Below, piece by piece: positions 42,321-56,307 of a DNA stretch of 64,000 bases (the stretch's first letter is position 1; every line of letters begins with the position of its first letter). The stretch is from Eledone cirrhosa (Eukaryota): positions 219,480,001-219,544,000 of the forward strand of contig OZ024740.1 of assembly GCA_964016885.1 (NCBI GenBank). The letters run 5' to 3'. The notes under the pieces were generated by a model, which was not told the origin of the DNA, made no database searches, and saw nothing but the letters and a program-made list of their open reading frames with translations. The translations under genes were made by a program, and so were the position numbers.

Positions 42321-43475
42321 TTATATGTATATATATACACTTGTGTGTGTGTGTATGCAGAAATAAGTGTGTTATGGTGTGTGGGTTTTTTTATATATAT
42401 TTAAAACATGGCCGATTTTAATCATTTTTATTAATGGCTTTTCATATTTCCATATTAGTCCATTATGTTTATTTTGGAATGATAATATCCCTAATTCCAT
42501 TAAAGCATCCAGCCTCATCCCTTAAATGAAACTGATAAACATTGCATCACCAGATGATATAGTGTGGTAGTATTATCAACAAATGTTTTTCTATCTAGTT
42601 TTCTTTCATGTTCTATAGTATAATGTAGTATAATGTGCCGTAATGACTGCTTGATGTGTATGCATTCAGAACATGAAGCAAAGAAAGTCTTGAATTTTTA
42701 ATAGACATGAAACGTTGTTTTATAAATATATTCATGCACAAATCTACACACATAGGTACAAATTCATTCTGTGTATGTATGAATTTTTACACAAATGCAC
42801 ATGCACATATACAAATATAGAGATTGAAAGTGTGAGGTTTGTGTCTTAGAGATCTAGTGGAAACTGCAGAAGAGGTAGACCAAAGAAAACTTGGGATAAT
42901 GTGGTAAAAGCTGACCTCATATAACTTATAAAGGAAATGAGACAAGACAGAGTTGACTGGTAATGACTGCCATACTGCAGATGACTTGCTTCGTTACAAG
43001 GGCAGGGTGAAACAAACATAGTGAAGATGGTAGTAAAAAGCAGAGATGTGTAATACCATTTAGGTCCTCTCTATGTTGCCAATATGCCCCTTCACCCCTT
43101 CATTTTCTAACCTCCTTCTGCCACATATTATTTCACCTTTCATATTTTATCTCCCTCACCTGAGTCTTTTCCCTACCATATTCACATCCCTAATACCCAA
43201 TTGATTAACTCATGCTAGCAAGGAAAGACAGACACACTGCCATGGTGTACAGACTGATCTCACTTGCTCACTCTCTCACTCCAAAACTACCTCCATGATC
43301 CAATGCTTACTCTCACACACCCCACTCACATCCAATCCCTGAATTCCTTGTCCAACCATGCCAGCATAAAAATGGCAGGTAAACCTCACATTGTACTACC
43401 AGACATCATACTTTAAAGTACCTTAGTGTTGTAAAGGGTAATGTTAGTGCCAGTGCCACAATAAAATGCTTCCGT

Positions 43476-44537
43476 TACAGCCTGTGAAGTGATTGGCATT
43501 CAATATGACCCCACACCCCCCACCGCAAGTTGGTCGTGGCGGCGCCACGGCAAAAAAGCACCCAGCCCACACTGTAAAGTGGACGTGTAGGCGCCACGAA
43601 AAAGCACCCAGCACTCACTGTAAATGAGGTTGGTGTTAGGAAGGGCATCCAGCTGTAGAAATCAAGCCAAATCAGTTCCTGTATGAGCAAGGCATGGTCA
43701 GCCGACCAGACACTGCCCACAACAGGACAACCCATCTAACCCATGCTAGCGTGGAAGAACGGACGTAAAACGGTGATGATGATGATGATGATGATGATGA
43801 TTCAGCTGTAGAAATTATTCCAGAATGGAATGCATAAGCAAGATGAAGTCATCAGACCTGTCAGACCTCAGAATATGACAATTTCTCTAACTTATGCAAG
43901 CATGGTAAATAGACATATTTTCTGGTATGTTTACATGCCTACATATTAGATAGGTATATATATTTATGCTGCGTGCAGGAGAGGAGGTTACGTTGGTATG
44001 GACATGTGATGCGTATGAAGGATGACAGCTGCATAAAAAGGTGCAGAACACTAGAAGTCGATGGAAGCCGCGGAGTGGGGAGACCCAAGAAGACCTGGGA
44101 TGAGGTGATAAAGGGATAAAGACTGACCTTACCCATTTGCACCTCTCAAGGGCGATGACACACGACCGTGACCTCTGGTATCACGCAGTAATACAGAAGA
44201 CCAGGACCCCCCACCCCCATGGGAACAGCCGAAGCTGAAGCATATAGACAATATGCCCCCCCTCCCCACTGCAAAGTGGTCATGGAGGATTCACAACAAA
44301 AAGCACCCAGCCCACACTGTAAAGTGGACGTGTAGGCGCCATGGCAAAAAAGCACCCAGCACTCACTGTAAATGAGGTTGGTATTAGGAAGGGCATCCAA
44401 CTGTAGAAATCAAGCCAGAAGCAGTTCCCGTATGAGCAAGACAAGGTCAGCCGACTGGACACTGCCCACAACAGGACAACCCGTCTAACCCATGCTAGCG
44501 TGGAAGAACGGACGTAAAACGGTGATGATGATGATGA
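43476..44537 (+). mobile_element. Two RTE 3' fragments (43476-43800 UTR only; 43966-44537 ORF end plus UTR)
   Basis: Near-identical to the reverse complement of 10011-10570; each ends GGACGTAAAACGGTGATGAT(GAT)n. Confidence 0.88.
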
Positions 44538-44745
44538 AATGTCGGTGCAGTATTGATTACACACTGTATTTATACAGATATAATTTCATTATACATTTCG
44601 GTTGCTAGTGCACTTCTTACTATATATCTTAATTAATTACCAACATGCACTAATTAGTGCATCCATTTCAGAATAATACTAAGCATTAATTCGTATACAT
44701 ACCCATCAAATACATGTTTCCTTGTGGTTGATTTGATGGTATACA

Positions 44746-44792
44746 CGTCTTCTGATGAATGTTCAATAAGATCTGAAAATCAATTAAAGATG
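44746..44792 (+). ncRNA. Degenerate type I hammerhead motif
   Basis: CGUCUU-CUGAUGA-AUGUUCAAUAAGAUCU-GAAA-AUCAAU-UA-AAGAUG; stem I intact, stems II and III weak. Confidence 0.55.
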
Positions 44793-45225
44793 CTTATCAT
44801 TTTTCAATTTACAGGGTTTTCATTGGGTCAGTGCAGGCAGTTATCCCCCACTGCTTCTGCTGGAATCTGCTAGATGATGCTGACCATCAGCCTTTCAATA
44901 TTCATAGCTTGGCTTTCAAAATGTTTATTTATTAAACATACCGTATATCTTTAGATATACAAAATTCCTATATATATATATCTCATCGTCATCATCATCT
45001 TCGTTTAACGTCCATCTTCCATGCTAACATGGGTTAGAATATATATATATATATATATGTAAACGTAGTTGGTATTAGGAAGGGCATCCAGCCGTAGAAA
45101 ACCTGCCAGACAGTCCTATACGAGCGAGACGACCAATCTTGCCTCAAGTGGGACAATTCCCATCTAAACCCATGCTAGCATGGAAGATAGACATTAAACG
45201 ATGATGATGATGATGATATATATAT

Positions 45226-45835
45226 AAATAATTATTTTGGAAGCTTCAACAATGCAGATGGGTAAATCTCTGGGTAACAGAATCTGGTGATAGTGAGAGA
45301 GATGTAAGAGGAAGCATAGAAAGAGACATAGAGAGTGTAAAAGAATGTAGGAAAAGTGTAAAAAATAATAACACGAGATGGAAAACCCCCAGTTGATGGA
45401 TGCCAAATCCGAAATATAGGGACTATTACATCACTTTCAAGGTAACTCTATCTCATGTTATTATTATATTTTGCACTAGGGCGGTGGATTGGCAGTATCG
45501 GTAGAGCATCAAACACCATGCTTTGCAGCATAGAGTTATGGTTCTTTACAGTCTGAGTTCAAATCCCGCCGAGGTAAACTTTGCCTTTTATCCTCATGAG
45601 GTCAATAAAATAAAGCACCAGTAATGCACTGGGGTCGATTTAATCAACTTTCCCCTCCCCCAAATTACTGGCCTTGTGCTTGTAGTAGAAATCATTATCA
45701 TACCTGCGTTCTTTTACGCTCTCTACATCTCTTTCTATGCTTCTTCTTACATCTCTCTCTCTCATTACCACCTGATTCTGTTACCCAGAGATTTACCCAT
45801 CTGCATTGTTGAGGCTTCCAAAACAACTATTTTTA
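45226..45835. mobile_element. PLE-like fold-back element (~125-bp arms 45226-45351 / 45703-45835) with a degenerate HHR (45387-45421) and a SINE in the loop
   Basis: Arms read directly. CCC-CAGUUGA-U-GGAU..AUCC-GAAA-UA-UA-GGG is the minimal PLE HHR layout with 2 core mismatches. Confidence 0.65.
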
Positions 45836-46084
45836 TTATTCCACAATGCTTCAAGCAAACTTCAACACTCTCATAAATATAATAATTGTTTCTACCTTTG
45901 GCACAAGGCCAGCAATTACCAAGTACATTACTGGTACTTTATTTTATCGACCCCGTAAGGATGGAGGCAAAGTTAACCTCGGCAGGAATTGAACTCAGAT
46001 CCTAAAGGAACGTAACTGTGCTGGAAAGCATGTCCGACCCTTACCGATACTGCCACTTCACCGTCCTCATAAATATAATAATAA

Positions 46085-47470
46085 CATGATTTCCTTGTAC
46101 GGCAATTACAGGAGAAGTATCTAGCTAACAGTAAACCCCTCTACTTAGCTTTTGTTGACATGGAGAAGGCCTTTGACAGAGTCCCACACACCTTAATCTG
46201 GTGGGCTCTTAGAAAACTAGGAGTGGAAGAATGGCTTGTGAGAGCTATACAAGCCATGTATAGAGGAACAGTCAGCAAGGTTAGAATTAACGATGAATAT
46301 AGTGATGAATTTAGCGTAATAATAGGGGTTCACCAGGGCTCCGCTCTTAGCCCCCTCCTGTTTATTATTGTCCTACAGGCTATAACAGAGGGGTTTAAGA
46401 CTGGCTGCCCATGGGAACTTCTATATGCAGATGATCTAACTCTAATAGCTGAATCCATGGCTGAACTAGAGAGGAAGTTCCAAACATGGAAGCATGGCCT
46501 TGAATCAAAAGGTCTTTGAGTCAACTTCTCTAAGACTAAGGTTCTAGTATGTAGAAAGGAAAATAGGGGGTAGGTACCCTCTGGGAAATGGCCATGCTCA
46601 GTGTGTAAGAAAGGAGTAGGCAGAAACTCCATTCTATGTCCCAAATGCAAACTATGGGTACATAAAAGATGTAGTGGGACCAGAGGTAAGCTATCTAAAA
46701 ATGTAGATTTTATATGTGGCCAATGCGCAAGTGCAGTAAGTAGCAAGGACCCACTCGGTGATATCTCCTTCAACTGCCCAGATGGTTCTATAGAAATAGT
46801 AGACACCTTCCGTTACCTGGGTGACACAATCTGTAGCAGAGGCAGGTACTCTGAAAGTGTAGTAGCTAGAGTTAGAACGGGATGGAAAAAGTTGAGGGAG
46901 CTAATACCAGTGTTGGCCACAAGGGGTTTTTCTCTAAGAATGAAAGGCAGATTGTATGATGTATGTATACAAATGGCAGTATTATATGGTAGTGAGACTT
47001 GGGCATTGTGTGCTGAAGACCTGCGTAGATTAGAAAGAAATGAAGCTTGCATGCTCCAATGGATGTGTAACAGTAATGTGCGCGAAAGGTGAAGCATAAA
47101 CGAATTAAGAGGGTGACTAAGCATAAGAGGTATCAAATGTTGTGTTCTGGAGAGGAGATTGCGTTGGTATGGACATGTCATGCGTATCCTACCCCATCCT
47201 TCCTCTCCTATTCCACCCACTGTGTTGATGACACAACAGTCCATATTGTCAGGTGGCCATGGAGGAAACACGGTGAAAAGGCTCCCAGTCCACACTGTAA
47301 ATGTGGTTGGTGTTAGGAAGGGCATCCAGCTGTAAAAAAAACCTGCCAGAGACGCTTCTGTGCAAGTGAGACATGGTCTTTCAACCATTCCCGCATCAAA
47401 GGGAACAAATCCGTTTAACCCATGCTAGCGTGGAAGATGGACGTTAAACGATGATGATGATGATGATGAT
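46085..47470 (+). mobile_element. RTE LINE fragment with stops, internally deleted and joined to a 3' UTR
   Basis: MEKAFDRVP, YADD, PHD-like finger, WYGHVMR, then an abrupt switch at ~47187 to UTR ending in (GAT)n. Confidence 0.92.
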
Positions 47471-47480
47471 GATGTTGATG

Positions 47481-47534
<54 letters not shown>

Positions 47535-50500
47535 CAATAATAATACTGAAACAAAGACATCGGATAGAACCGAAGTACCTTTGATCTTTTTCCCCCTTAC
47601 TCAATGCTTTAATTAAGCCAGTACCATTAGGAAAGCAGAGTACACACTTATATGTTAAATAGTTAGAAAAACAATTTTGTGTGGGTATAGAGTTTGATTC
47701 TCTGGCCCCGGACTAATGCATTAGTTTCTGCTACTCCATCTGCTGGTGACAGTCCATATAGAGCTGCCGGGCACAGAAATTTGGTAATGCCATTAAGCAT
47801 TATGTAATTGGCTAAGAGAAGTTTCATCAGCGAGGAATTTACCTCTTCAGAATAGGTCAGCATGAGCCTACTGTCATGGTTTGAACTTGCCATTACAGCA
47901 GTAAGCTCAACTTTCAGTATCATGTGACAGTGAAGGAGTGGTAAGTTCAAAGAACACGTTGACACATTTTTTTTTTAAATTGAAAAAAAAAAAAGAACCA
48001 CAAAGCACTTTTAGCAGGCTATGAAACAATCATCATCATCATCATCATCATCATCATTTTGCGTCCACTTTTCCCTGCTTGCTAGGGTGGGACGGGAACT
48101 GATTCTGGCTTGATTTCTACAGCTGGATGCCCTTCCTAACACCAACCTCATTTACAGTGAGTCTGGGTGCTTTTTTTCCGTGGCACCTCCACGACCACTT
48201 TGCAGTGGAATGATAAGGACCCCAGTCCTATCATCTCATTTCTACAGCTGAGTAAACTGGAGCAATGTGAAATAAAGTGTCTTGCTCAAGGAAACAACAC
48301 ATCACCTGGTCTGAGAATTGAACTCACAACCTTTCGATTGCATGGCCAATGCTCTAACCACTAAGCCATGTGCCTCCACAATGATATTTATATTTGTATT
48401 TGTATCAACAGAGGTCACCAATATAGCAGTCATTTAATAGTCACCAGTTTAGCTATTAAATAATATTATGCCATGTAATAATAATATCAACAACAATAAT
48501 AATAACAATGATGTATTTTGTTGTAGCAGGGAAGGTATGGTTTGTTATATCAATAAATGTAAGTTGAATTTAGGTCCGGCTGTAGTCTTGGGTTCTGTTG
48601 TTGCTGTGATAATAACTCTAGAAAGAATCTTTCCATATCACATTTAAAGATTATGCTGTGGTAATAACATCACAAGACTTTACAATGTTTTTACATATTT
48701 TATTTACAAACCGATTACAAAGGTTGAGCTGGCATGCCAAACAAAGAAATAAACAAATTAAGGGTTTAGAAGGTATGGTCAACTGGTTGAAGTGTTAGCC
48801 AGGCCCCGTAGTTATGTTGTTGTCGTTACATATTGGCTAGTGGTTTCACGGCAAAAGAAAAATAGTGTTTACCTTTCCATGATCAAAGCTGCAAGAGAGA
48901 GAGTTTATCGAAAGTAGCAGGAAAATCTCAGTTTAGGCGTAAGTTGAAAATACAAATCTGTGTGCGGCTCATGGTTGGCCTGACTTAACCAAATCACGCA
49001 TGAATAGCCTATCAATGCACCAAAGGAAAGTAGCTTGCTACACACTCAACCAAGGCTTCCAAAAAGAAAGCAAAGACAAAAATTGCAAACAATTAATAAA
49101 AATCAAACTATAATAAACAGAGTAAAAAGTTCAACTTACAATTTGGATGCAGGTTATCCCTGGGAGTTTAAATAATAATACTGAAACGAAGTCACTTAAT
49201 AAGACCAAAATACCTTCTATCGTGTTTCCATTCACTCAATTCTTTAATTAAGCCAGTATCATTAATATACCAACCAAAGGTAAAGCAGAGTGAACACATA
49301 TATAGGTCCCCTTTGGTCATGAATGACAATGGGTGTGCACCTAGAAATTCCTCTCCCAGGCACAAGCCTGCACAAAGTATTTCTATGGAAGACCAGTGGT
49401 CACTCATGCATATCAGTGTCTCCTTGCCATGGCATTTGTGTTGTCCAAAAGAAAAGCAAAGTCCAATACAGCTTGGCACCAGTGATGTCGCAACTCATTT
49501 TTCCAGCTGAGTGAACTAGAGCAATGTTAAATAGGACACAATGCATTGCCTAGTTCTGGAATCAAATTCACAACCTCACCATTGAGAGTTCAACACTCTA
49601 ACCACTAAGCAACATACCTTCACAAACCCCCACAAATACACATAAGCAATAGGTTTTCTTACATGATTTCTGCCTACCATTTTTACATTTGCATTTATAA
49701 ATTTTATTTCGGGAAAAAATTCATAGCATTGTTGCTTTCTGAGGCTCAAATGTTAAGTCTCTTTATTCATCTATTGTTGATATAACTCTAAATTGGTCAA
49801 ACATACAGAAAAAGAAAGCAGTATTGGAAAGAACTATAAATGCCATAAATGAGAGGAAAAGGAGGAGAAGAGGAAGAATTGTTAGACAAGGGAAGAAAGA
49901 AGGGGAGAAAGGGAGAGGGTGGCAGACTTTACATCTAGGTCAGAGTGGTGTTTCATTTGCACCCTGCAGACAAAATGACAAAGGCATTTCCACGGATAAG
50001 GGCCAGCAACACCCGCTGCAACAGTCACCCCACATCACATGGCCCCTTCCACAGATGGGCTGCTATTGATCCAATTTTATGAAGGCGATCTGAAGCCATT
50101 GTGGAAAATAATTGCCTCAGGTGTTATGCAATGTGATAAAACCCAAGAGTACATAGTTTGCAAAAGAAACTTCTTAACCACACAGCCATTTTGTTATATA
50201 TACAGTATATATATATATGTATATAACAAAATGAAACAACAAAATAAATAAATAAGTCATTTTTCTATGAATAGTTTATATCTCAAGCCAACATGTTGTA
50301 CTATCACATTTCCTTGATCTTTCTCTTTCTATTCAACACTATTTTGTTTACCAATTATATTCTCAATCTAAACTATATCTCTCTATTCAATGATAACGGA
50401 AATGATTACTCATTCTTTATATTCGTCCTTTATTGATTTGAAATGACAAGCACAACTCATTTCTTGAAAATTTAATTTAATTTTTTATTTTCTATTAACA

Positions 50501-52498
50501 TTTTTCTTGTAATTTTTTTTTTTTTTTCATATTTTGGTATTTCTAAAAAGAAAACGAAAAAGCAAGAAATTTATTTCTTCCTAATTTTTATCATAAAATA
50601 AAGTCAATTTCTTTCTATGCAGATTATTGATTAAGACATGACTGCTAGAATCTGAATGAGGGTATACCTCACCATCTGCCTGTCTCTGTTATCAATACTG
50701 TTTTTAAAATATTGTATTTCAAAGACATTTTTTAATTCAACTTTTTTTTGTTTTTTTTTGTTTTTAATATTCTGACTTTTTCTTTTCCTGTCACAAATCA
50801 TGTTCGGTTTCACAGATGTAATGGGTTTTGTATATTTTATGTATGTATGTGATAAAAGATATTCTTGGCAGTCTCTAAATAAAGGAGCTAACTGAAATTA
50901 TATAGGAAGCTAGCTGATATGTTTAGCCAGCTAGAAGAGAAATTGAAAACTGGAAGTAAGCTGTAACAAGTATTTGAAGATTGAATATATATATGTGTGT
51001 GTGTGTGTGTTTGTAGTTGGCATTATGAAGAGCATCCAGCTGTAGAAATCTGACCAGAAACAGTTCTATATGAGCAAGACATGGTCACCTGACCTGACTT
51101 GTCTTGAATGGGACAAGCTAGCATAGAAAATAGACATTAAACAATGATGACGATGATGATGATATATATTTACATTGTTTAGTTAGAAGGGAAGTGCAAT
51201 GCATTTAGTTCTTTTTAGGGTATCTAAGACAGATAGGATGGAGAGTAAGGAAAGTGTCCTCAAACCAGAGATCAAGACCTGATCTGAATGCTTACAGAGT
51301 AGACTCTGCTAAAGGCACCCATGAGCCAGATGGTGATGTTAAACTGGATGATGGATTAAGTCTACAAACCTATGGTAGAATTTGAACTTTGCACACAAAG
51401 GGCTGGAACAAATTCTGCAAGGTACCTTATTTGCTGCTCTAACAATTCTGTCAGTCTATTCCGCTGGAATCGTGCCTTATTCATTGACCCCCAAAAGAAT
51501 GAAAACAAAGTTGACCCCAGAAAGGGAGGGATTTAAACTCAGAATGTAAGGAGCTGAAATAAATACTATAAGGCATTTCATCCTACACTTTTGTGACTAT
51601 TGATTTATAGCCTATGTTTTGAACAGAAACATAGTGAATGAAAACTATCCAGAACCATTTGGTAAATAGGTGTCTGAAGTGATATATATCAATGGAAGGT
51701 TAGAAGTTTGAAAGTATTAATATGACTGGCTTTTGAAGAAACAATAGGAAGGGCACAAGAAAATATTACTTTATGAAAAACTGACATTATATATAAATAA
51801 TTATGACTGCCAATTGCCCCAATTTGAATCTAAACAAATCTACACCAAACTAATGCTAACCCTGATGAACTCAGTTCATAAACCTACACTCAACCTCATT
51901 CAGAAGACATTTACTGCACAAGATATAAAGTAAAAATCCAATCCATCCTTCAAAACCATGGGTGTGATAGGCATCATCAGGCTACAGCTGTTGTGTTACA
52001 ACCATGACTGTGTGGTCAAGAAGTTTGCTTCAGAACCACTTGGATTTGGGTTTAACCCCACTGCCAATGTTCATATGATGACGATGATTATGGGTATTTC
52101 AAAACTTGATGTTATTTTTTAGTGAAGTATATTATAAATTGCGTTGCTGGGGTATTAAATTTTTTTTTTAAATGTTTGTTGTTTTTATAATGTTGTGTGG
52201 GTAATTACAAAGTTTATTTTGGAACCACATGGTTTTGGATTCACTCCTACTGCCTGACATGTTGGACAATATCTTTAATTATAGCCCTGAGCAAACCAAT
52301 GCCTTGTGAGTGTATTTGGTAAATGAAAACTTTAAGGAAGTCTGACACATACATGTGTGTGTGTGTGTGTGTGTATGCCAGTTCCAGTGCAAACCAATGC
52401 AATACTGTCTATAAAAAAGGGTGGCGCTTATGTTCTCCAAAGATAATACATCCTACAGTGTACCAGTTCAATAAACATATATATAAACACATATATAT

Positions 52499-53455
52499 AC
52501 TAGACATGAAAAATGCGCAAGCTCAAAAGTGCCACAGAATGTTATAATAAACCTTCAAAAGTGTGGGACTAGAGTTGTTGCTAAAAAATATTGTAATCAT
52601 TATATATCGTACATTCTGTGGCATCCTTTATAAAAATAGCTTAAACCAACGAAGCCTTTATTTTTACGCTATTTCACTTAGTTAATTCTTAGAGTGTAAC
52701 ATATAAAAATATCATTTACAACTATAAAATAAATTAATTAATATAATAACAGAGCTGCGGAGCTGAAATTTAGGAAATAATGGAGTATCGGATCCTGAGT
52801 TGGAGCCAGTCAATTTTTGGCCGACTCCGCAGCCCTGTATAATACATTTCATATTAAAGTTATTAATAAACCTATTTTACACTTCATGCAAATTACCACG
52901 AGATATTGATATTAGATATAAGATACAGCGCAATATCTACAGCTGTAAAAGTACGAAAGCGAAGTAATAATAAGTGGCTTAAGGTAATTCCAATATGAAA
53001 GTTTGTAGTGATAAAAATTTGATAATGCAATACGATTGTTAATATTATAGTTCTATGAAAATGTAACAATAGATAACTAAATTATTTTACTATTAGTATA
53101 TTTAAGAAATTATCATTATAGATTTGATCGTTCATATAAGCATCATATTAAGTTTCAACACAATTATTTTGTTACTATGAGTATATGATAATAATATTAC
53201 GTAATTATTTATAGCTGTTATTACATTAAACATAGATGTATTTATTTTTATATGTTACACTCTAAGAATTAACTAAGTGAAATAGCGTAAAAATAAAGGC
53301 TTCGTTGGTTTAAGCTATTTTTATAAAGGATGCCACAGAATGTACGATATATAATGATTACAATATTTTTTAGCAACAACTCTAGTCCCACACTTTTGAA
53401 GGTTTATTATAACATTCTGTGGCACTTTTGAGCTTGCGCATTTTTCATGTCTAGT
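52499..53455. mobile_element. Fold-back element with ~213-bp essentially perfect terminal inverted repeats (52499-52711 / 53243-53455)
   Basis: ACTAGACATGAAAAATGCGC... / ...GCGCATTTTTCATGTCTAGT; AT-rich non-coding spacer. Confidence 0.85.
52750..52837. mobile_element. 88-bp hAT-type MITE nested in the fold-back element
   Basis: TIRs CAGAGCTGCGGAG / CTCCGCAGCCCTG; 8-bp TSD TATAATAA / TATAATAC. Confidence 0.7.
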
Positions 53456-54572
53456 TTAATATTTTTTTAAGGCAACGCTTGTAATAACTCTAGTTAAACA
53501 GGATATATATTAATAATAAATTATCGTTGTAATGTAATTAGATTATGTAATTGTTATTATAAATTATCTTATAAATATTAGTGTAAGATGTATAAAAATA
53601 TTTTCAGACTTTTAATATAAACAACTACAAAAAACAATCAATATTAAATCAATATATTATACATAATAGAAAACATAAAATATACAATACAAAAACAAAA
53701 TATTTACATACAATTGCAATTATCAGTGTATATACATTTTCTTTATATTCCCTGAGCAAATTAATAAGATTTGTTTTTATTGTACATAATTTGATGACTT
53801 GTTGGAGTGTATTAAAAGATAGCAACAATTTGTGATTAAATTGTTATCTTAAGCAACTCACTTTTTAATAGTTGTTGGCTGAGCGAAATTGTAAAAGCCT
53901 ATGAGCAAATATAAAAAAAAATACACAAACAACATTTCCTTGTGTTATTACAACATTAGATAAAATAATTGAGCAATGTCGTTATATTTTGCTCTTATTG
54001 CACATTAATAGTGTTTCTATTTTTCGGCACAAATCCATTACGGCAGTCCATTACTGGTACTTTATTTTATCGAATTAGTAAGTATGAAAGTCGAAGTTAA
54101 CCTCGGCAGGATTTGAACTTAGAATGCAAAGGACCATAACAATACTGCAAAGCATGGTGTCTGACGCTCTACCAATACTTGTGTTGAGCTGGTCATTAAT
54201 TTATGGTGGTCGTGCGTGGAGTAGAGCAATCGCTAGTTGAAATATTATGAACAAAACATTTTTATTTGCCGAAGAACATATTTTCAATACTGTTTGTGAA
54301 TGTGACGAAGGAAATACATTCTGATATGGAACAGTGTACAAAGTGTGTCTGTGAATAACATAATGTTACCTCATGTTGTTGTCAAGACATAATGGATTTC
54401 GTATATCCAGTTAGAAGATGAAACCTAGCCATCTCGGATTAGTTATATTTCATGCCATGTGTAAACGTGTTTGATGATAGCAAAATATGCGCGTTAATTA
54501 TAATAATTAGTTAATAATATTACAAAATATACCTAATTAAACTCTTTGCTTGAAATTTTATCATTCTTCGTT

Positions 54573-54609
<37 letters not shown>

Positions 54610-56257
54610 GGAGAGAGATTTATCTAGTCCTTCGCTCAAGATTAATCTATAAGTTTAGATGTTTGCCTTCGTTTAAGTAAATATTACAGTAAGATTTTTA
54701 ATATAAACAACTACAAAAAACAATTAATATTAAAACGAAAAAATTATCAATGATAAAAGAAGCGGATGCAACTTTTTTTTTTATAAAGTTATATTCCTGT
54801 TTCTTTAAAGAACATTTCATTTTTGTTCTATTGTAGGCGAAATAATGCAATGGTTTAATAGGGAAGATATAACTTACGAATTATGTCTCTAACCGTGTAA
54901 CGCTTTTTAAGTAGATAACTACAATTGAAAATACTAAAGAAATGGAACCAACAATTCAATTTGAAAGTCGTCTAGTGACAGTGTATTACTGGTACTTTAT
55001 TTTATCGACCCCGTAACGATGAAAGGCAAAAATGCAAATGCTTAAAATTTAAATTGCCTTAATTCTATCGTCTGCTGTTTCATTAAAGGGAGATTATCGT
55101 CTGTATTTAATTCTATCGTCTACTGTTCCACTAAACAGATATACCTCCACTATCGTCTCTATTTATACATTTTAACTTATAACTTATACACATTTGATTT
55201 GAAATATTTTATCTAGTCCCCCCTCTCAATATTATGATGATTTCTTTCGAATGAAACAGTTCTAGTCCTGTAGAAACCATTTATATATATAATTGAACTG
55301 AGTTAAAAATTCACAATATTTATAATTAAATAAGCTCATATATATATGTGTGTATTTATCTGTTTATTGTATTATATATAATGTGTGTATATACAGGATG
55401 TCCCCCAAAAATATATACACACTTCAACAGCATTCTAATAACTATTGCCTGTACAGGTAATCAAAGTGTCAATCGAATGTTAGTTTCGTGTTTTAACAGT
55501 ACAAATTTACAATACACACATAAAACCAGTGTATATACATACATGAGTGTGTATACACATACATGAATGTGTATATACAATATATATGTATATATATATA
55601 GACACATATATTCACGGTGCAACGGTACATTAAAATATAGATGCGGGAGAGGGGGGGGGTGTATATATAGGGGCGCTGGGGATAAAGGAGTGTAAAGCGT
55701 GTGTAATTGATATATTGAAGGAGAGGAGCGTGCAGCGATAGAGTAACAAATATATAGAGAGGGGGAGAGATGGTATTGAAGGGGAGGAGTGCAAAGCGAA
55801 AGAGTAAGAGATATATATAGAGACGGAACAGATAGAGAGAAACAGGCGTAAGTAACAGTGGAAGAGATATAGAGAGAGGTACTCTGATTGGTTGAAAATT
55901 AGCCAATGACATACGATCACCACCACCACGGCTATCCCCGAAACATTTTTTAAGAAGCTACGCATATATGTTAGAACACGAAAAGTGAACATTCTGTTGT
56001 TTCACACTTTTCGTGTTCTAACAGATAAGGGAAATGACTCCTTAGGGGATTCACACCTAGAAAATTTCCCTTCCGAGGCACAAGTCTGGGTAAAGTTGTT
56101 TGTGGAAGACCAGCAGTCGCCCATGCATACTAGCCTCCCCTCTCCATGCCACTAATGTTGTCCAAGGGAAAGGCAATGGCCAATACAGCTTGGCACCGAT
56201 GATGTTGCAACTGATTTCTACAGCTGAGTGAAATGGAGCAATGTGAAATAAAGTGTC

Positions 56258-56307
<50 letters not shown>

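Noticed and set aside
44815-44880. Candidate next INVS exon after tttacAG
   Set aside because: Translation (GFHWVSAGSYPPLL...stop) does not match the expected inversin continuation and no good donor is evident.
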